Notes under the pieces: generated by a model
Database searches by the model: none
The model's input: only the letters and a program-made list of their open reading frames with translations
Told to the model about the DNA's origin: nothing
Source: Geosiphon pyriformis uo1
Lineage: Eukaryota; Fungi; Glomeromycota
Reading direction: 5' to 3'
DNA length: 64,000 bases
Assembly: GCA_016748015.1 (NCBI GenBank)
Contig: JAAOMT010000295.1
Location: 682,001-746,000 of the forward strand
Made by a program: the position numbers and the translations under genes
Shown here: positions 38,051 through 53,200 of the stretch, piece after piece
Position numbering within the stretch: the first letter of the stretch is position 1
Layout of the letters: every line of letters begins with the position of its first letter

Positions 38051-41000
38051 TTTTATTTTCATCATAATAATCATCATCATCATCATCAGTACCCTATCAA
38101 ATCACGAACAATTCTTTCCTTCACCCACTTGCACTTTAAGCAATAAGATAAAAGTATAATATATAAATATATATAGTATATATGATGGACAATTCTTTCT
38201 TGACTTACTTCTCACGCTACCCTTCCACAACTAAAATCACACAAAAAAAATTTTTGATCACCTCATACTATTGATTTTCTTACCTTTTTGATGATTATAT
38301 ATTCACATCACCATTGTCACATCATTTCTTTTTTATGAGTAAGAAGATTCGATTTTTTTCTTTTTTCACGTGGAGGTAATTAGCTTGAGGCAGCGACAGA
38401 AATTTAGTCTTCGTTTTAGCGGCTTCGTAAATACTGTAAATGAATGAAAAAATTAAAAATAGTAGCTAAAACGAAACTAGAGCTTTTACGGCTTAGATGA
38501 TCATTTTCCCATTACATTTCTGGATCTTTTTATTTTCCTTTTAAGTTTTCCTTTTTTTTTTAAATACCTTTTGTTCATCATGATGACAAATCTTATACTA
38601 TTCTTTTTTTACACCTTCATAGAAATTTTATACACATACCCATCAGAAGCAAAAAAAACGCGGCAATTTACACCAGAAGAGGACATGACTGAACCACGAA
38701 TAAAAAAAGTTTTAGGCACCTTTTTGTGTTGTCGAGATCTTTTTAATATTATTAGGGAAAATTTTTGCGAATTGGATTATGATAGATATTAGAAATTTTA
38801 AATCAAGATTTCAATTTCAGAAAGAATGATTCCAACCCATATTTCTATCACACCTTCTACCCTCACGTTTTCTCAAATCACCTGTTTCATATACATCATT
38901 TACATAATAAAACTATATTATATATAAACACATCAACAAACACCAACAACCATTTTCTGATTTATGGACTTTCTTTGTAGGAATTCTTCTTTTGTAGAAT
39001 AGTTTTTTTTTAGTTTTTCAGCACCGACATTGTTTAGTAAAGACCAAAATTGTAAAAAGAAATAACAGGTCATTACATCGTAATAAAAAAAATTGGGTAA
39101 AAAAAAGCTAGAAAAAGGTACCGATTGACCTTTTGTTTTTTTTTTACTTGGCGTATGAATATCTCATAGAACTTTTAAATGGCATTGAATCATGTTCTTT
39201 AATATATTGGTGATACCATAACTTGACGATGATAAATTCCATTTATGATGATAATTACATTTTTTCTCTATCGGCGATTGCCCTCTCTTCCTCACATGAA
39301 GATCTAGACTAAATCAAGAAATAGATGTTAAAGAAACTAGTGCAAAAAAAAGCTTGAAAAAAACAATCTCAGATCTTTGGGAGACACCGACACGCGTGCT
39401 CTTTTGGCATACATTAATCCGTACACAAAAGCTTTTTGGTCATAATGGATGGGATGGATAATTCCAAATTAACTTAATGTCTAAAGATCACAGATCGTTT
39501 CACACGCACATTACACAAAATATGATACTCTGTTTTATTAAAATTTGAATTAGATCAGAAGCCGATAAATGAGTAGTACATAACGTAAATACCTAAATCA
39601 CAAATATTTGGGTGAATGAATAAATGAATAAATGAATTTCAACTTTTTTAATATCTGATTGTGTATGTGTGACAGATTACGTATTTTACGTCTGTGTGTG
39701 ATGTTGACTTAAAAAAAAAAAATTTCTCCTCTTTGATTTACCCGTTAAAACGGCAAAGATATAGAAGGAATAGTGGAAAAGCCGAACAAACAAAAAACAA
39801 ACCGGCAAGGTAATTCGGAAAACTTCCGACCGGTGATACTGCTTCCGCTTTCGTAATCCGTTAAAATAATGTGTTCCTCAAGACCCGATTATGCAGGGTG
39901 TGACCGATTGTAATTTCTTATATTAATCTTCAAGTTTTTTTAGAAGTGCACAAACTTTTCATTCATCGTTAAACGTATCATCAACAAATTTTTAATTTAT
40001 TTTGTGGACATAATGATGATATTATTGATGTTGAATAATAATGATGATGACGGTTTTTTAAGAGGAAAAATGCTAAAAAAAATATTGTATAATTGGGAGC
40101 CTATCGTTTTTTTGATATAAAAGACTTTAACATATTTTGAAATAAAAAGGATCATTTTGGGTTATATTGTCACCAGTCACAACATTTTTTTTGTTCTCAT
40201 CTACCCATATTATGCGAATGACAAATGAGAGATTTGTGATACTCAAATAAAATTGTGATGCATGATGATTAAAAATTTTGTTTCTGTCAGAGATTGTAAC
40301 GCATCAAAAAGAAATGTGTCACCCCCTTTAGAATTTTTGTTTTGCATGTATGATCAACGACTGGTTGTTTACAAAGAACTTTATAAAATATAAGGTGCCG
40401 GTAAGTGGGCAGTGAAAAATGTGGGTGCGTACATGCGTACGTGCACGTGGGAGAGATTCAAAAACCCGCTGTGGTATACTTGTCAGGAGGAAAATTAATT
40501 TAGACTCATAATTGCAATTTTTTGATGATGGTGCGACATAACTTTTTCATGTTCGAAAATGAAAAAATTTTAGGGTCTTCAATTTCTAACGATTCGATTT
40601 TACAAAAATTGAAATTTATGAAAAAGAAATCATAATCTTCATCGTCATGGATATGATTTACAATATTCTCGAACTGGCCTATCCCACAAAATGATCATGT
40701 TGGACAAATGGAATATTTATCGGAATCTGATCAGTAATTATATAATTTTGATAATACATGAGAACATCAAATATTACATAATGGTTAAGAGGTAAATGAC
40801 CGTTTGAAATGGAACTTGATCATCATCATCATCATCATCGTAATTATCAACTTAAAAGAGCCCTTTCTTCTTTCGGTCTTTGTCTTGTACATACACGCAC
40901 AGCCAGTGACCAAACTTAGATGCGCAAAAACAATGAATTGTCTTGGTGATTGATCATGTATAACTGTTAGTGATAAATATTTTTTTTGGAATGCTGTGTT

Positions 41001-42902
41001 TGTTACCGCCAGCCACTCGATTGACACTGATCTATCAGAATTTGTGTGCACAAACATTAATAAAATACCGTTTTTTGTATATAATGATTAATAAAGTCTC
41101 ATTAAAATGTCATCAAAAAATTTTTTCGAGGTTTATTGTTGCGCTTAATCAGAAATATCAAATATAGCAAATAATCCAAATTCATTTGTTATGTACAAAC
41201 AATAATTTAATGATTCAAAAATAAATAAATAAATAACAAATAAATGTGTTTCTCTAGGATAAATAATTTGAATAACGTTTGGTTTAAACACCTAAAAAAA
41301 TTAAATTAAATTAATTAAATTAAACTAAACTAAATAATGAACAAATGAATTTGAATTTTAACATATTCTTATCTAAAACCATTTGAAAACAGTTTAAAAT
41401 TACAAATTAAAATAAATCATGTAAATCATGTTATTTTTAATATTATTCTAAAACTGAATTAAAGTTAATAATAACTATATAATTATTTGTTAATATAATA
41501 TATAATTATGTTATGTAAAAATTTTGCTTAAAATATTATATTAATTATTCAAAAAAATTGATTAATAAATGTTTTAATAAAAATACACTGAAAACATTAC
41601 AGTAATGCTTCAAAAAATCATTTACAATTAAATATGCTAAAAAATTCTTTAAGCTATCTATTTACTCTTAATCATTATTTCGAATTTGCAATCAGTTCGA
41701 AATAAAAAAAAACTAGACAAAAATAACAAAAAAACTCAAGGTTTTGGTTCTATTGAATAATTTACAACACCAATAAATATAGTTCTTAATTTACAAGATG
41801 AATTTCATTAAATTCTTAAATTACCAAGAACAATTACAATTTTAATTTTTAAAAATTATTAAAAAACATATATTTGTTTAAAACTTATTATTACTTAACA
41901 AATTTTCAAATCTAATAAACAAATTTGCAAAGAATATAAAATTTTAATTTTTAATAATATTATATTTTATAATATTAATAGTTATTTTAGTATTTTATTT
42001 AATTATTTAGATATTGGAATTATATATAGCAATTTTTTTCAAAAAAAACTGTTTTAAATAGTTTTAAATTTTAAAAAATTTATTAAACATTTATTTTTAA
42101 AACCAAATCTTACTTTTATTACTAAAAATTATTATATTGTTATAAAAAACTATTTTAAATTAATATAAGACAATTAAAACAATATTAACAAAAACAATTT
42201 AAACAGCTTATTATAAAGTATATTAATATATTTATTCAAAACAACAATAATTTAAAAAAAACTAATTTGGTTTAACAAAGCCAAAATAATAAAAAGCTTA
42301 TTAAGTATTACTTATTAATTATTAATTTATTAAAAAAAAATACAACAAATACTTAACAATAAATTTATTTACTTATTAAAAAATTTATAAGTTTTATTAA
42401 TAATTTTAGTAAAAAAAATAAAAATTTTCAATTTTATATAAATTATTATCAATTTAATAATATTATAATTAAAAATATTTACTTTTTATTATATGTTAAA
42501 AGCTGTTAAAAATTCAAATATTTTTTAACTTTAAATTTAAAAAATAAATATTAACAAATTACTATAAATCTTAAAAATTGTTTAAAAACAACATTTATTA
42601 TATATAAAAAAACTATAAATTTAATATTATGTTTTTTAAATTACATAATATTTTAATAATTTATAAATATTATATATATTAAATATTTATAACAATTAGT
42701 AATTGTCTATTTAATAATATTAATGTTTATTTAAATCTTATTTAATTTATTTGTAAAAGTTTTTTAATAATTATAAAAAAAAATAAATATTAAGTATTAA
42801 AAAATCTTATTTAAAAAACAAACTTGATTTTTTTTGGCTATATTATTAACAAAAATAAAATTCAATTTAATTCAAAAAAAATTAGTGTAATATAAAAGTT
42901 TT

Positions 42903-45900
42903 TTATTATTATTATTAGTTTAATGAGTGCAGTCTAACCACTATCTAGCATACAGAAACAAACAAGATGAATCAAACTAAACATGGCTCATGTGCTTTCT
43001 ACATGTAATCAACTATTCAGACCAATCAAAGCAGCATTATACACTCACAAGAACTCTATTACTATTATTCAGCCCCAAAAAAAACAAATACCAACTTCTA
43101 AAACCAAAACTAACAGCAAAAGACTCGATTATACCAAGCATGTGAACCACACTCTTAGATAACAGACTAGACAAACCATGTAGAGGAACAAAAAATTCAT
43201 CCGTGTCATAAACCAAACCACTTTTTTTCATGTCAACCCTAAATTTAGATCTCAACAATCATGCTTTACTATGATGACTCTTAGTTAAACAACAAACAAA
43301 ATTGACAACAATAGAAATGGCACTTTTTCTATCACCAAAAACAGCAATGGTCTCTCTAACCCAATCAACGAAAACAAAACTTTTACACAGCTTCATATAC
43401 ACATTGCTATCTAAGACCTCCATGAAAGTAAGAAGCACTGAAGATGAAACCGAGAGACGATCACCCACCAAAGACTTCTACAAGTCGACGTGGCTAGAAA
43501 TAATCTCAGAGTGCACCACCAGGTCAGTGGAACATATAAAAGCATGGTCAGAGAATTCAACTTCCCCACACATTAAACACAAAACACTTGGGTAGCACTT
43601 GTCACAGTTTTTTTCAGATGGTTACTGGCAATCTCCTATGCACAGCTTTCATTAGATAAGTATACAACACAACTGAATTTATACTAGTAAAACCTGCCAA
43701 TATATGAGAGTCCAGGTGCCAAACAGAGGCAGGACACTTCCAGTCAATATGTCTGATGTCCAAACTGTCCAAAACATTTGTCCCAAATCCAGCCTCCCAT
43801 AAAGCCTGGTTTACAGCATAATATATGTCATGAACAAAATATCTAGCATTACCAGAAATGGCAAAACCATCTGTCATAAGGAATCTATCAAAAATGCCAA
43901 CTGGAAGAGCTAAATCGAAATGTGCCACAGCATGAGCAAGAGCATCTGCATGATCATTGCCCATGATGCCCAAATGTTTTTTCACCTTAACTTATCTCAT
44001 TGAAATGTCTTTTGATCTGATTAAATTAGAAATATGACACCTCTCTATCCAGCAATGATTACGAAAGTCAGATTGGCATAATTTACTCTCTAGTACACAG
44101 GCATCCAAAGCCACTTGGCTATCCAAATAAAACACCACAGAGCATGATAAAGAAACACACTTCAATGCCAAGGCAATTGCCTAGAACTCAGCTAAAGTGG
44201 ATGACAACAAACTCTGAACTCTTACACTCACATCCATACCAACTTCAGAAAAAAAAGCTGCTGTCCCACAAGCCACTTTGCCTATACTCAGACTACTTAA
44301 TAAACCATCAGTATACACATTCAGTTCTCTAGTCCAGACTTTATGCAAATGCTCATGAATACACAAGTAATCATCCAAACAAAAAAATTCAGAGCAGTTT
44401 GCTTCAGCTTTGCTTACCTCAGAACTTGCCAAAAAGCCATTTACATGCACAAAAGCCTTTGTAAACTATGAAAGCACTGGGCCCCTAGGACTCAACCTTT
44501 TCCAACATCAAAAGGTCTTCCAATCCATGACCTGACCATGCTTGGTAATCAGAACATTTCCAAAAGCAATGCCAAAGCACTTCAAGAAATACACCATGTC
44601 AAAATAATTATCAGCTCCAAGAATTCTAGACATCGGAAAATGATTGGTACCATGGAACACACAAAGTATATAATTGAACAAAGAAATGTTTGTATCAATA
44701 AAAATCCTCACAACATTTGTTAGGAAGTTATTCAAGGGACACACTCTTAGTTTGACTGAATAGCTCAGAGAATGAAGTGGAGCCCACCCTAAAACTTGCA
44801 AATCCAAAGCACGGTGCACAAACAAATGACCAAAAATCCCAGATGCATTAGAAAAACCAATCACTAAGGCAATTTTGAACTCAGTTTGCATCTGCTCAAA
44901 AGACTTTAGACCATACAATGATGGATGATGTAAAGTTTTATTAGAAAAGTCTTTTGGCAACAAAGCCTTAGACCTGAGATCTTTTCTGACCAGAACATTC
45001 TACTTTTGACACATTCTTTTAGTAACAAAACTGAACTGAGTGCGATAACAAATAATAGGCTGAAGGACTGCTGAAACCAAATAAGAGAACTGCTTATCTA
45101 ATATAGCCTTCCTGAAAACCATATTAGAAAAAAATCTAACATCTGCATAAGTCTTAGCAAAACTTGGCTTGGATAGACCTTCTGTTGACAAAAAAATACA
45201 CAGGTATCTATGAGACTCATCACCTTTTGCTATGGAGATAAGTCTACCACTAATTAACAAGGAAGCATTAGCCACTTTTGAATTAATAAGAATAGCTACA
45301 GTTTTGTTATTATTTATCGAAATGTCATTGATCTTGAAAAATTTGCTTGCAATATTTAAAATGTGCTGTGTCGAAGCCTGACCATTCTCCACTCAAATTA
45401 TGTCATCAACAAAAGCACCAGCTGCAAAGAAAGAAGATTTACCACCACTAGATTCAACTCTGCCAGACTTTGCCACAAAATTCAAAATGATTCTATATCC
45501 ACACAAATGTTTTTGCCTTTTGATCTTACACAACAAAAGGTCATAGAAAATCTTCTATAGAAGCAGAGAGAACACCTCACTCTGGTTCAACCCATTATGG
45601 ACCACATATCCATCCAAAAGACCAAAGTTGGTCATAATCCTATTAACCTGGTTGTTATGAATATTGCCAAAGAATTTTATAAAGTTATCACACATTTTGA
45701 TTTGCTCCAAACTAAATCTTAGATGATGCCAACCAACTGAATCATATGCTTTTCACATATCCTGTAAGACCAACCAAATTTCACAACCTTTTTCCAAAGC
45801 ATCTTTGACTATTAAGCCAACAGCAAAAATGGAAGACTGAGTTAAAATGCTTTTAAGACTGAGAAGTTGTTACCACACAGAACACCAAATTTGCTGCATG

Positions 45901-48900
45901 CAAATGAAATACGATCTGACAAAACCTTAGACAAAATTTTTTTAACAGTCTCAATAAGTACAATTGGTCTGGTGTTCATTAGAATTCCATCCTAGTTATA
46001 TGGCTTGGGAATCATAAATACTCATGCCCTCTTCCAAGGAACAGAAACATCACCAACCTTTAAACAAGAGTTCAATAAATCCAGAAAACAAACCATCACA
46101 CCATTACCACTATGCTTCCACAACTTATTGGATATGCCAGAAAGACCAGTGGCTTTGCTATCAGGCAACTCACTAACCACTAAAGACAATTTGTCTGAAC
46201 TAATTTCACACATTATTTCTGAAAAAACATCATTATCTACATGAGCCAAGGGGGCATATTAATGAGTCCATATGCCAGATAAAACAGGACAACACTTTCT
46301 TTTGCGAGTCCAATCTACCATAATCTTATCAACTCTGGATCTAACTTCCTCTGGTTCGAGAATCAGCTCATCTCCAATCACCAAATGGTCCAGAACAATT
46401 TTATGAAATAGCTGTTCCAAAATGCTTCTAATCATGCCACTCTTATTTGAGTTAAAATTTTTCATATGCTTATCAATTACATCTCTAATGCATTCACTTT
46501 TGGCAAGTTCAGTCTCATAATATTTGGACTTTTGATACTTTTTCTTAATTTTTGACAAATAACTATGCAAAGCATTCAATTTTGAGCCATTTTGGAGTAT
46601 AACTGTAAACTTAGAAGTCTCAATATTGTCTAAGGTCACTCAGACTTATACAAGATGATCAAACTCAGACACATGACCTGAATACAAGCACTTTAAAACT
46701 TTTACAACCAAAGATTTCAATCTGAAAACCTTGAAGACTGCTTATTTCTTGGACCATTAAACTCGCAGAACCAATATTTAGAAAACACTTCATTTGCTAA
46801 ACCACAGACTGCATCTTTCAGGACCTCTCACATCCTATCCAAGTCACTATTTTCTTTTGTGACCAAAAAAGAATCTGAAAACAAAACTAAAGCAACTGAA
46901 GAAAGTTCCTTGAAACATATCCACTTAGCTGCATCTGTATTCTTGATTCCAAATTTTCATCAGTTCCTATTAGCTTGTCTATAAATATTATTTAGACAGG
47001 CATCTACCAAGCCCCTTAACCCTAATGAGACACTAACTATGTTATGATTGGTATCAAAAAAATCAGACACTAAAACAACCTCTTGCCTGACCACAGCCAA
47101 GACCAGATTTTCACTTATAAAAATGTAGTCGATAACTTTGTTGATCCTTTGTGAGTTGCTCCAAATACTTAGTTTGTACACAAGAGATCCACCCAGTGAG
47201 TTGACCAAACCCAAGTCCAAGCACTTCTTGAAACTGGCACACTTCTTGGTCCTATTTTTATTGAAATCATCACAAAGCACCACAAAAGAGCTCATATTTA
47301 CAGCCTTGGAGATAAGCAAGTTGATGTCAAAAGCTTGAGCAAATTTTGTCTTGGCCAAAACACCAGCATACAAACCCAAAAATGTTACTGAAAGCTTATT
47401 CTTAAACAACAAGTGAACAGAAACAACCCTGTTAGGAACTTTCTCAACCTTTGAAACATGGCAAGCCAAAGAGCCACACATTACAATAGCCACACTCACA
47501 CTAACATAATTTTTTTCTAGACCAGAAGTGAAGATTCTAACTCCTTCAAACTTGTTCTTTATCCAAAACTCAATATTTTATTTTAACTTAGTTTCAGTAA
47601 AAACAGAAACTATGTTACCAGATTCCAAATACCACCTAATAATGTTCTCCTGTTTTGCTAAATTTGTTATACCTCTAACATTACATGTGGCAATCTTCCA
47701 CACAGGACTGGTCATTGGAAAGGTCAATCAATAGAAACCATACTAGTGTTGTCTATTTTAGCCGAAAGACCCATAACCATAATTACAAGATTTCTCAAAG
47801 TATCCTCTATTTTTCCAATAACAGAATTGTCAAAAATTACTGCCTCCACAACAGTCTCACCACCAATGGCCACACCCAAACCCTCACTCATCACTATATC
47901 CACCCCTTAATTCTGTGATAAAGGGGTTACCAACAACTGATGTTCAGGACTAAGCTGGGAAATCATTAGCACAGGTGTAGCCAACCCCTTAGCTAGCATA
48001 TTGACACACTCTGCAAGACTGGCAAGACTGTGTTCAAGAGCAGCAAATCTATTATTGATTTTTACAGCAGCTATTAGGGATGGCTTTATCTTCGAAGAGG
48101 AGCCAACATTTTCTGAAACAATCCAGTCAGAAAAAAGAGAAAAAGAAGACCTATTTGCAATCTTCACCCAAAAAAGACCACCAAAAGAAACAGAATGAGC
48201 AACTGGTACAGAACATTTGGCATATATTGCAGCCAGCTTGCTTTTATCTAAATCCGAAAGCACTTTGTGGAATGAACTACTGGAAGAAATCTTTTCACTT
48301 TCAGCACAACTTAATGATGTATGACCTAACTTCCCACACTTAGCGCATTTGGCAGAAACAAGACTAGACCAATATAAATTAGAGCCTCTGAACACTGGTG
48401 TGGTTCTTATAACAGCATCTAAGGACTCACCAGAATCAAAGCAAACAACAGCATACCTGACCTGAGCATATGTAACCAGATAGTGATCAATGACACAAGT
48501 TTTCTCACTTACAGATCAAACAAAGTCCCAAATATCATGAGCATTAGTTCTTATTGGCAATATATAAAGCAGCACTCTATAATAATTTCTCTTATCCCAT
48601 GATTCTTTGTCTAGATCAGCCCTGACAACACGTATGGCATCTTTCCCAATTAGGATAGACCACTCAGCTGTGACCAAATCAGCCTAATTTGATTGTTCAA
48701 ATTCCACTAAAGCTTTTTGCCACAGCCCCATTAACTACATCTTGATCGACTTAATAATTCCAAATTCGGACAGTATAGCATGCACAGTCTCAGCTAATGT
48801 ACCAACTGAAATTTCTTTTACCACCACAGCCCAATCTGAATGACTAGCAGATTTCTTAAGATCAGTATTTACTAAAATGTCCACTGCTCTTGCCTTTTCC

Positions 48901-49650
48901 ATAGTCTGTACCAAGCTAGCTTCAGAAATGAAGAAAGCATGGATGATCCCAGAAAATTTTGAAGGGGCAGAGGCCCTCCCAAAACTATTAAATCTTGAAA
49001 ACAACCTTCTAATCACCATAAGCTTCTTCTGAAAAAATTTTCCAACCACTTTATTCAATCCAATATCCAGAGCAAAAAACTTTTTAACAGAAACAGGAAC
49101 CAAATTTTTCAAGGGAGGGAGAAGCTCTAAGGGGGCATCCAAGAGAATATTGTCATCAACATTAAGATTTGAGAAGTTTATTTTTCCTAACGGCTTGCCC
49201 AAAGCCATCTTAGTTGTGGTGCCTGGCCCTTTAGACATCTGATCATGCTTCTTGTCAGCAATAATGCCACTCTCACCATAGTCAAAGCTAGTTTCCTTCA
49301 CTAGACACTCCTTTTCCATATCGATACTCTTAGATTTAGTAGTGTCACCAGTCTCAGAACCCTAAGAACAACCACCAGACATCTTAGCTGGAACCCCTTT
49401 GCCATCAACACCCTCTTCCAAAGCAACACTTTTTCTCTTTTTTCTTAACAACACAAATTTAAAACCACCACCAGAACCAGACTTTTTAGCAATTTTCTTT
49501 ATAACAGCAATACTAGGGCCAACAGTGGCCTTGAAATCAAAAAATGGTTTGGTTTTATTGTACTAAATAATAAAAAAAAAAAAAAAAAAAACTACTTTCA
49601 AAAAACTATATGGTTCTTTTTGAGAATTTGGGATGAATGAGAGAAAGAAG
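42903..49650 (-). mobile_element. LINE copy C, full length (~6.7 kb), inactivated
   Basis: ORF1 relic ~49500-47712 with CCHC knuckle; ORF2 relic 47715-43037 with APE, RT (GAFVDD), RNase H (VYTDG..GNDHADALA). (TAA)n tail at 42903-42916; 5' end identical in position to copy B. Confidence 0.93.
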
Positions 49651-50284
49651 TTTTTTTTAGTATAAAAATTTAAAACTGTTTAAAATACTATTAAATTAAG
49701 AAAATTTACAAAATTAATATTTTATTATAAAAAATTTATCAAAAATTTTTGGAAAATTGCCAAATTTTTTCAACAAAATATTTTAGTTATTAATGTTTTT
49801 ATATAATATTTGGTGTTATTTTATCTTAATTAAATAATAATAGCAATAAAAAAATAGTTATTTATGTTAACAAAACTTTTAAATCTGCTAAAATTAAATA
49901 TTTTTTTATTAAATTAAAAACAACAATCATAATTTAAATTTTTAAACATTTTTAATAATATTGAATTTAAATGGCTTTATAACAAAAATTTTAAACTTAA
50001 TACTAAACAATTTTATTAGATTAAATTTTAAGCTAATTATAAATATATTATATGTTATAAATCAAAAAAAACATCAATAATTTTTTAAAAATAAAGCAAA
50101 ATTAACACTAAACCAATTATTTTATTAATCTAACAAATTAATAAAACAATAAATTCTAAAAATTATAACAATATTAAAAAACTGACTTTTAAGTAAAAAA
50201 CATTATTTTATATAAAATAATATTATTTATTACCAAAATTATAAAAATTCAAACAATCTATTTAAAAATTTTTATTTTATTTTG

Positions 50285-53200
50285 GTTTAACAAGTATGAC
50301 CCAATCATTATCTAAAAAACATGTGATATATACACATCACAAAGCCAAATACAATTTATGTGCTTATAACATGTAACCAGCCATTCAGACCAGTCTAGGC
50401 TACACTACAAATCAGCCACCACTGACATCATATCTCCCAAGCCTGAAAAAATCAGACAACAAATATGCAAACCAGAATACACACCCCTGGTTTTATCTAT
50501 ACTAAGCAATCTGACAACTCCACTACTCAAACTACCTCTATCATCATCAATGAAATGTATCACACTGCCATTAGCAACTATGTGTCCTGTCTTTTCCATA
50601 GATGCTTAGTAGTTAGATTTCCTGTATTATATCACAGATCTGTGAACTGAGACTAGATCCTTGATAAAATCAATTATTATCATACCAGCCACTTTAAAGT
50701 TACCAAAAACTCTCAAAGTCTTGCAATACCAGTTACTTGGCATGAAGTCTTTAACTAACATAGAGTAAAAATTGATATCACTCACACAAGAGAATAGGTT
50801 TTATACCACTATAGAAAAAGAAATAACAATATTAAGCAGTGATGATCATCTTATGCAAAACTCAAACAGGATTTCATTATGAGCTAACATATCAGAGAAG
50901 CACACAAAAAAATAATCAAACATGTCAATCATATCACAAAACAGACACTTAATACTAGAGTAAAAAACACAGTACATATGCCTACAAGTTGTCATAGGCA
51001 AATGGCCATACAACAACTTTATAAAATATGTTTTCAAAGCTGCTAACTAATGGCTCATGGAGTTAGAAACCATGTGACCATCAGAATGCCAGATTGCAAA
51101 AGTTTTCTTTCAATTAACTGTATTAACATTACAAGTATCACTGATCTTGGATCCAAACTTATTTTTCCATTTCACTTAATACAATATTTGGAAGAAATCT
51201 CTGACATAGTGTTGAACATTGCAAAATAGTGCCAGATTGCTCAATTTCAAAAAAAACTCATCAACATAAATAGAGAAAGTCACATTATAATGACAGACAT
51301 CCAAGGCAATAATATTAGTGTGTTTGTTTCCCAAGACACTAAAATGGCCTTTGACTTTGAGCCAGGACACAGCTAGCAATTTTTTTTTAATAAAGTTGAT
51401 AATCTGCTGATGCTCTATTCATAGACTCTTCTTGAAATCTGAATGAGCCAAAAACAATTTATCAAAACAAGCAGAAAGAGCAGTTTGGCTATTAGAATAG
51501 ACAAAAACACTGCTACGTGAAGGGACATAAGTGAATGTAAGAGCAATGGCTTTGAGCTCAGTCAAAGTAGATGACATGACACATTGAACTTTTGCACTAA
51601 CACCAAGGCCAAAATTGAAGAAAAATACAGCAGTTCTAGCAATAACAGAATCAGAACCAAAATGTCTCACAGAACTGTCTATATACACATTAAATGAAAC
51701 CAGACCAAAATTCAGAAGAATAGTCTTAGTTTTACTAATTGTGTCAATAACAACAGGGCTTACTAAATGGTTAACAAATAAACATGGCACAATATCAGTC
51801 ACTAGCAAGTGGACACTCAAAAAACAAATAGCCAAGTTAAACCAAACTGGGACAGAGCCATATAGATTTAAACATTTCCAATGCTTAAAACATTTCTAAT
51901 GCTTAAAACATTTCCAATCAAAGCACTTATTTTTTTTGTTTAATAGTTAATTAACAAAAGCAATTCCATAATGTTTTAACAAACAGACTACCCTGAAAAA
52001 AACATTATCACCAAGAACTTCAAAAATTGGCATTCTAATAGAGTAATAAAAAGCAGTTAATAGAGCAAAAAAAAACAGTCCACAAAATAAGAAAATTTTC
52101 ACTACTTCAGCTAAAAAATTATCTTTAGAATTGACTTGTAATCTAATAGGACAGCACAATAGATGAACAAGTGACCAGCTGGCAACTTGCAAATCCAAAC
52201 ACTAATAAATGAAAAGCCACCCTAAAATACCCAAAGCATTTACAAAATTAATAATAGATAATAACTTACACTTAGCCTGTACTTGGGTAAATAATTTAAT
52301 GTCATAAAATAAAAGATGTGAGAATGTAATTGTAGAAAAATTGCAAAGGAGATGCACCTTGAATTTTAAGTCCTTTTTAACAATAGCACTTCACCTAAAG
52401 CAAACAGTGTTAGGAATAAAACTAAACTGAGTCCTGTAGCTAATGATAGGCTGTAGGATGGATGATATCAGATAGCTTTATGCAAAACCATAATTGAGAA
52501 GAAACGCATATCTGAATATGTTTTTAGTAAACTTGGCTTTAAAAGCCTTTTCATTGACAAGAAAATGTCCAAATATTGATGAGATTTATCTAGCAATTGG
52601 TAAACCACTAATGGACAAAGAAACATCTTTCCTTTGATTGATAGGAATGACAACAGTTTTTTCTGTGTTATAGAAATATTATTAAAAGCAAAAAATTTGC
52701 TAGCAATATTTAAAATATATTGGGTGGTAGTCTGACTACTACCCACTCAGATTGTATTATTCACAAAAGCCCTAGCAGCAAAGAAAGATGTTATCTCTGC
52801 TTTTGATTTTGCTCTGTCTAACTTAGTAATAAATCTTAAGTCAATTCTGTATTTACATAGATGTTTATGTTTCTTGATTTTACATAAAAAAGAATCATAA
52901 AAGATCCTCCAAAGAAGTAGAGAGAACACTTCATTCTGGTCAAGTCCATCCAGCACTTTATAATCATTAAAAAGGCCAAAATTCATTATAATCCTGTTAG
53001 TTCTGTTCAAATAAATATTCTTAAAGAATCTGATAAATCTATTGTACATTTTAATGTGTTTTAAACTACTCCTTAAATAAAATTATCCCACAAAATCATA
53101 AGCCTTACATATGTTCTGTAATACCAGCCAAAGTTTTTTCTCTTTTTCCAAGACATTTTCTATTATCAAACCAACAACAAATACAGATAACTGAGTTAAA

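Noticed and set aside
51870-51918. 18-bp tandem duplication in LINE D
   Set aside because: Local slippage in a dead copy; not seen in copies B or C.
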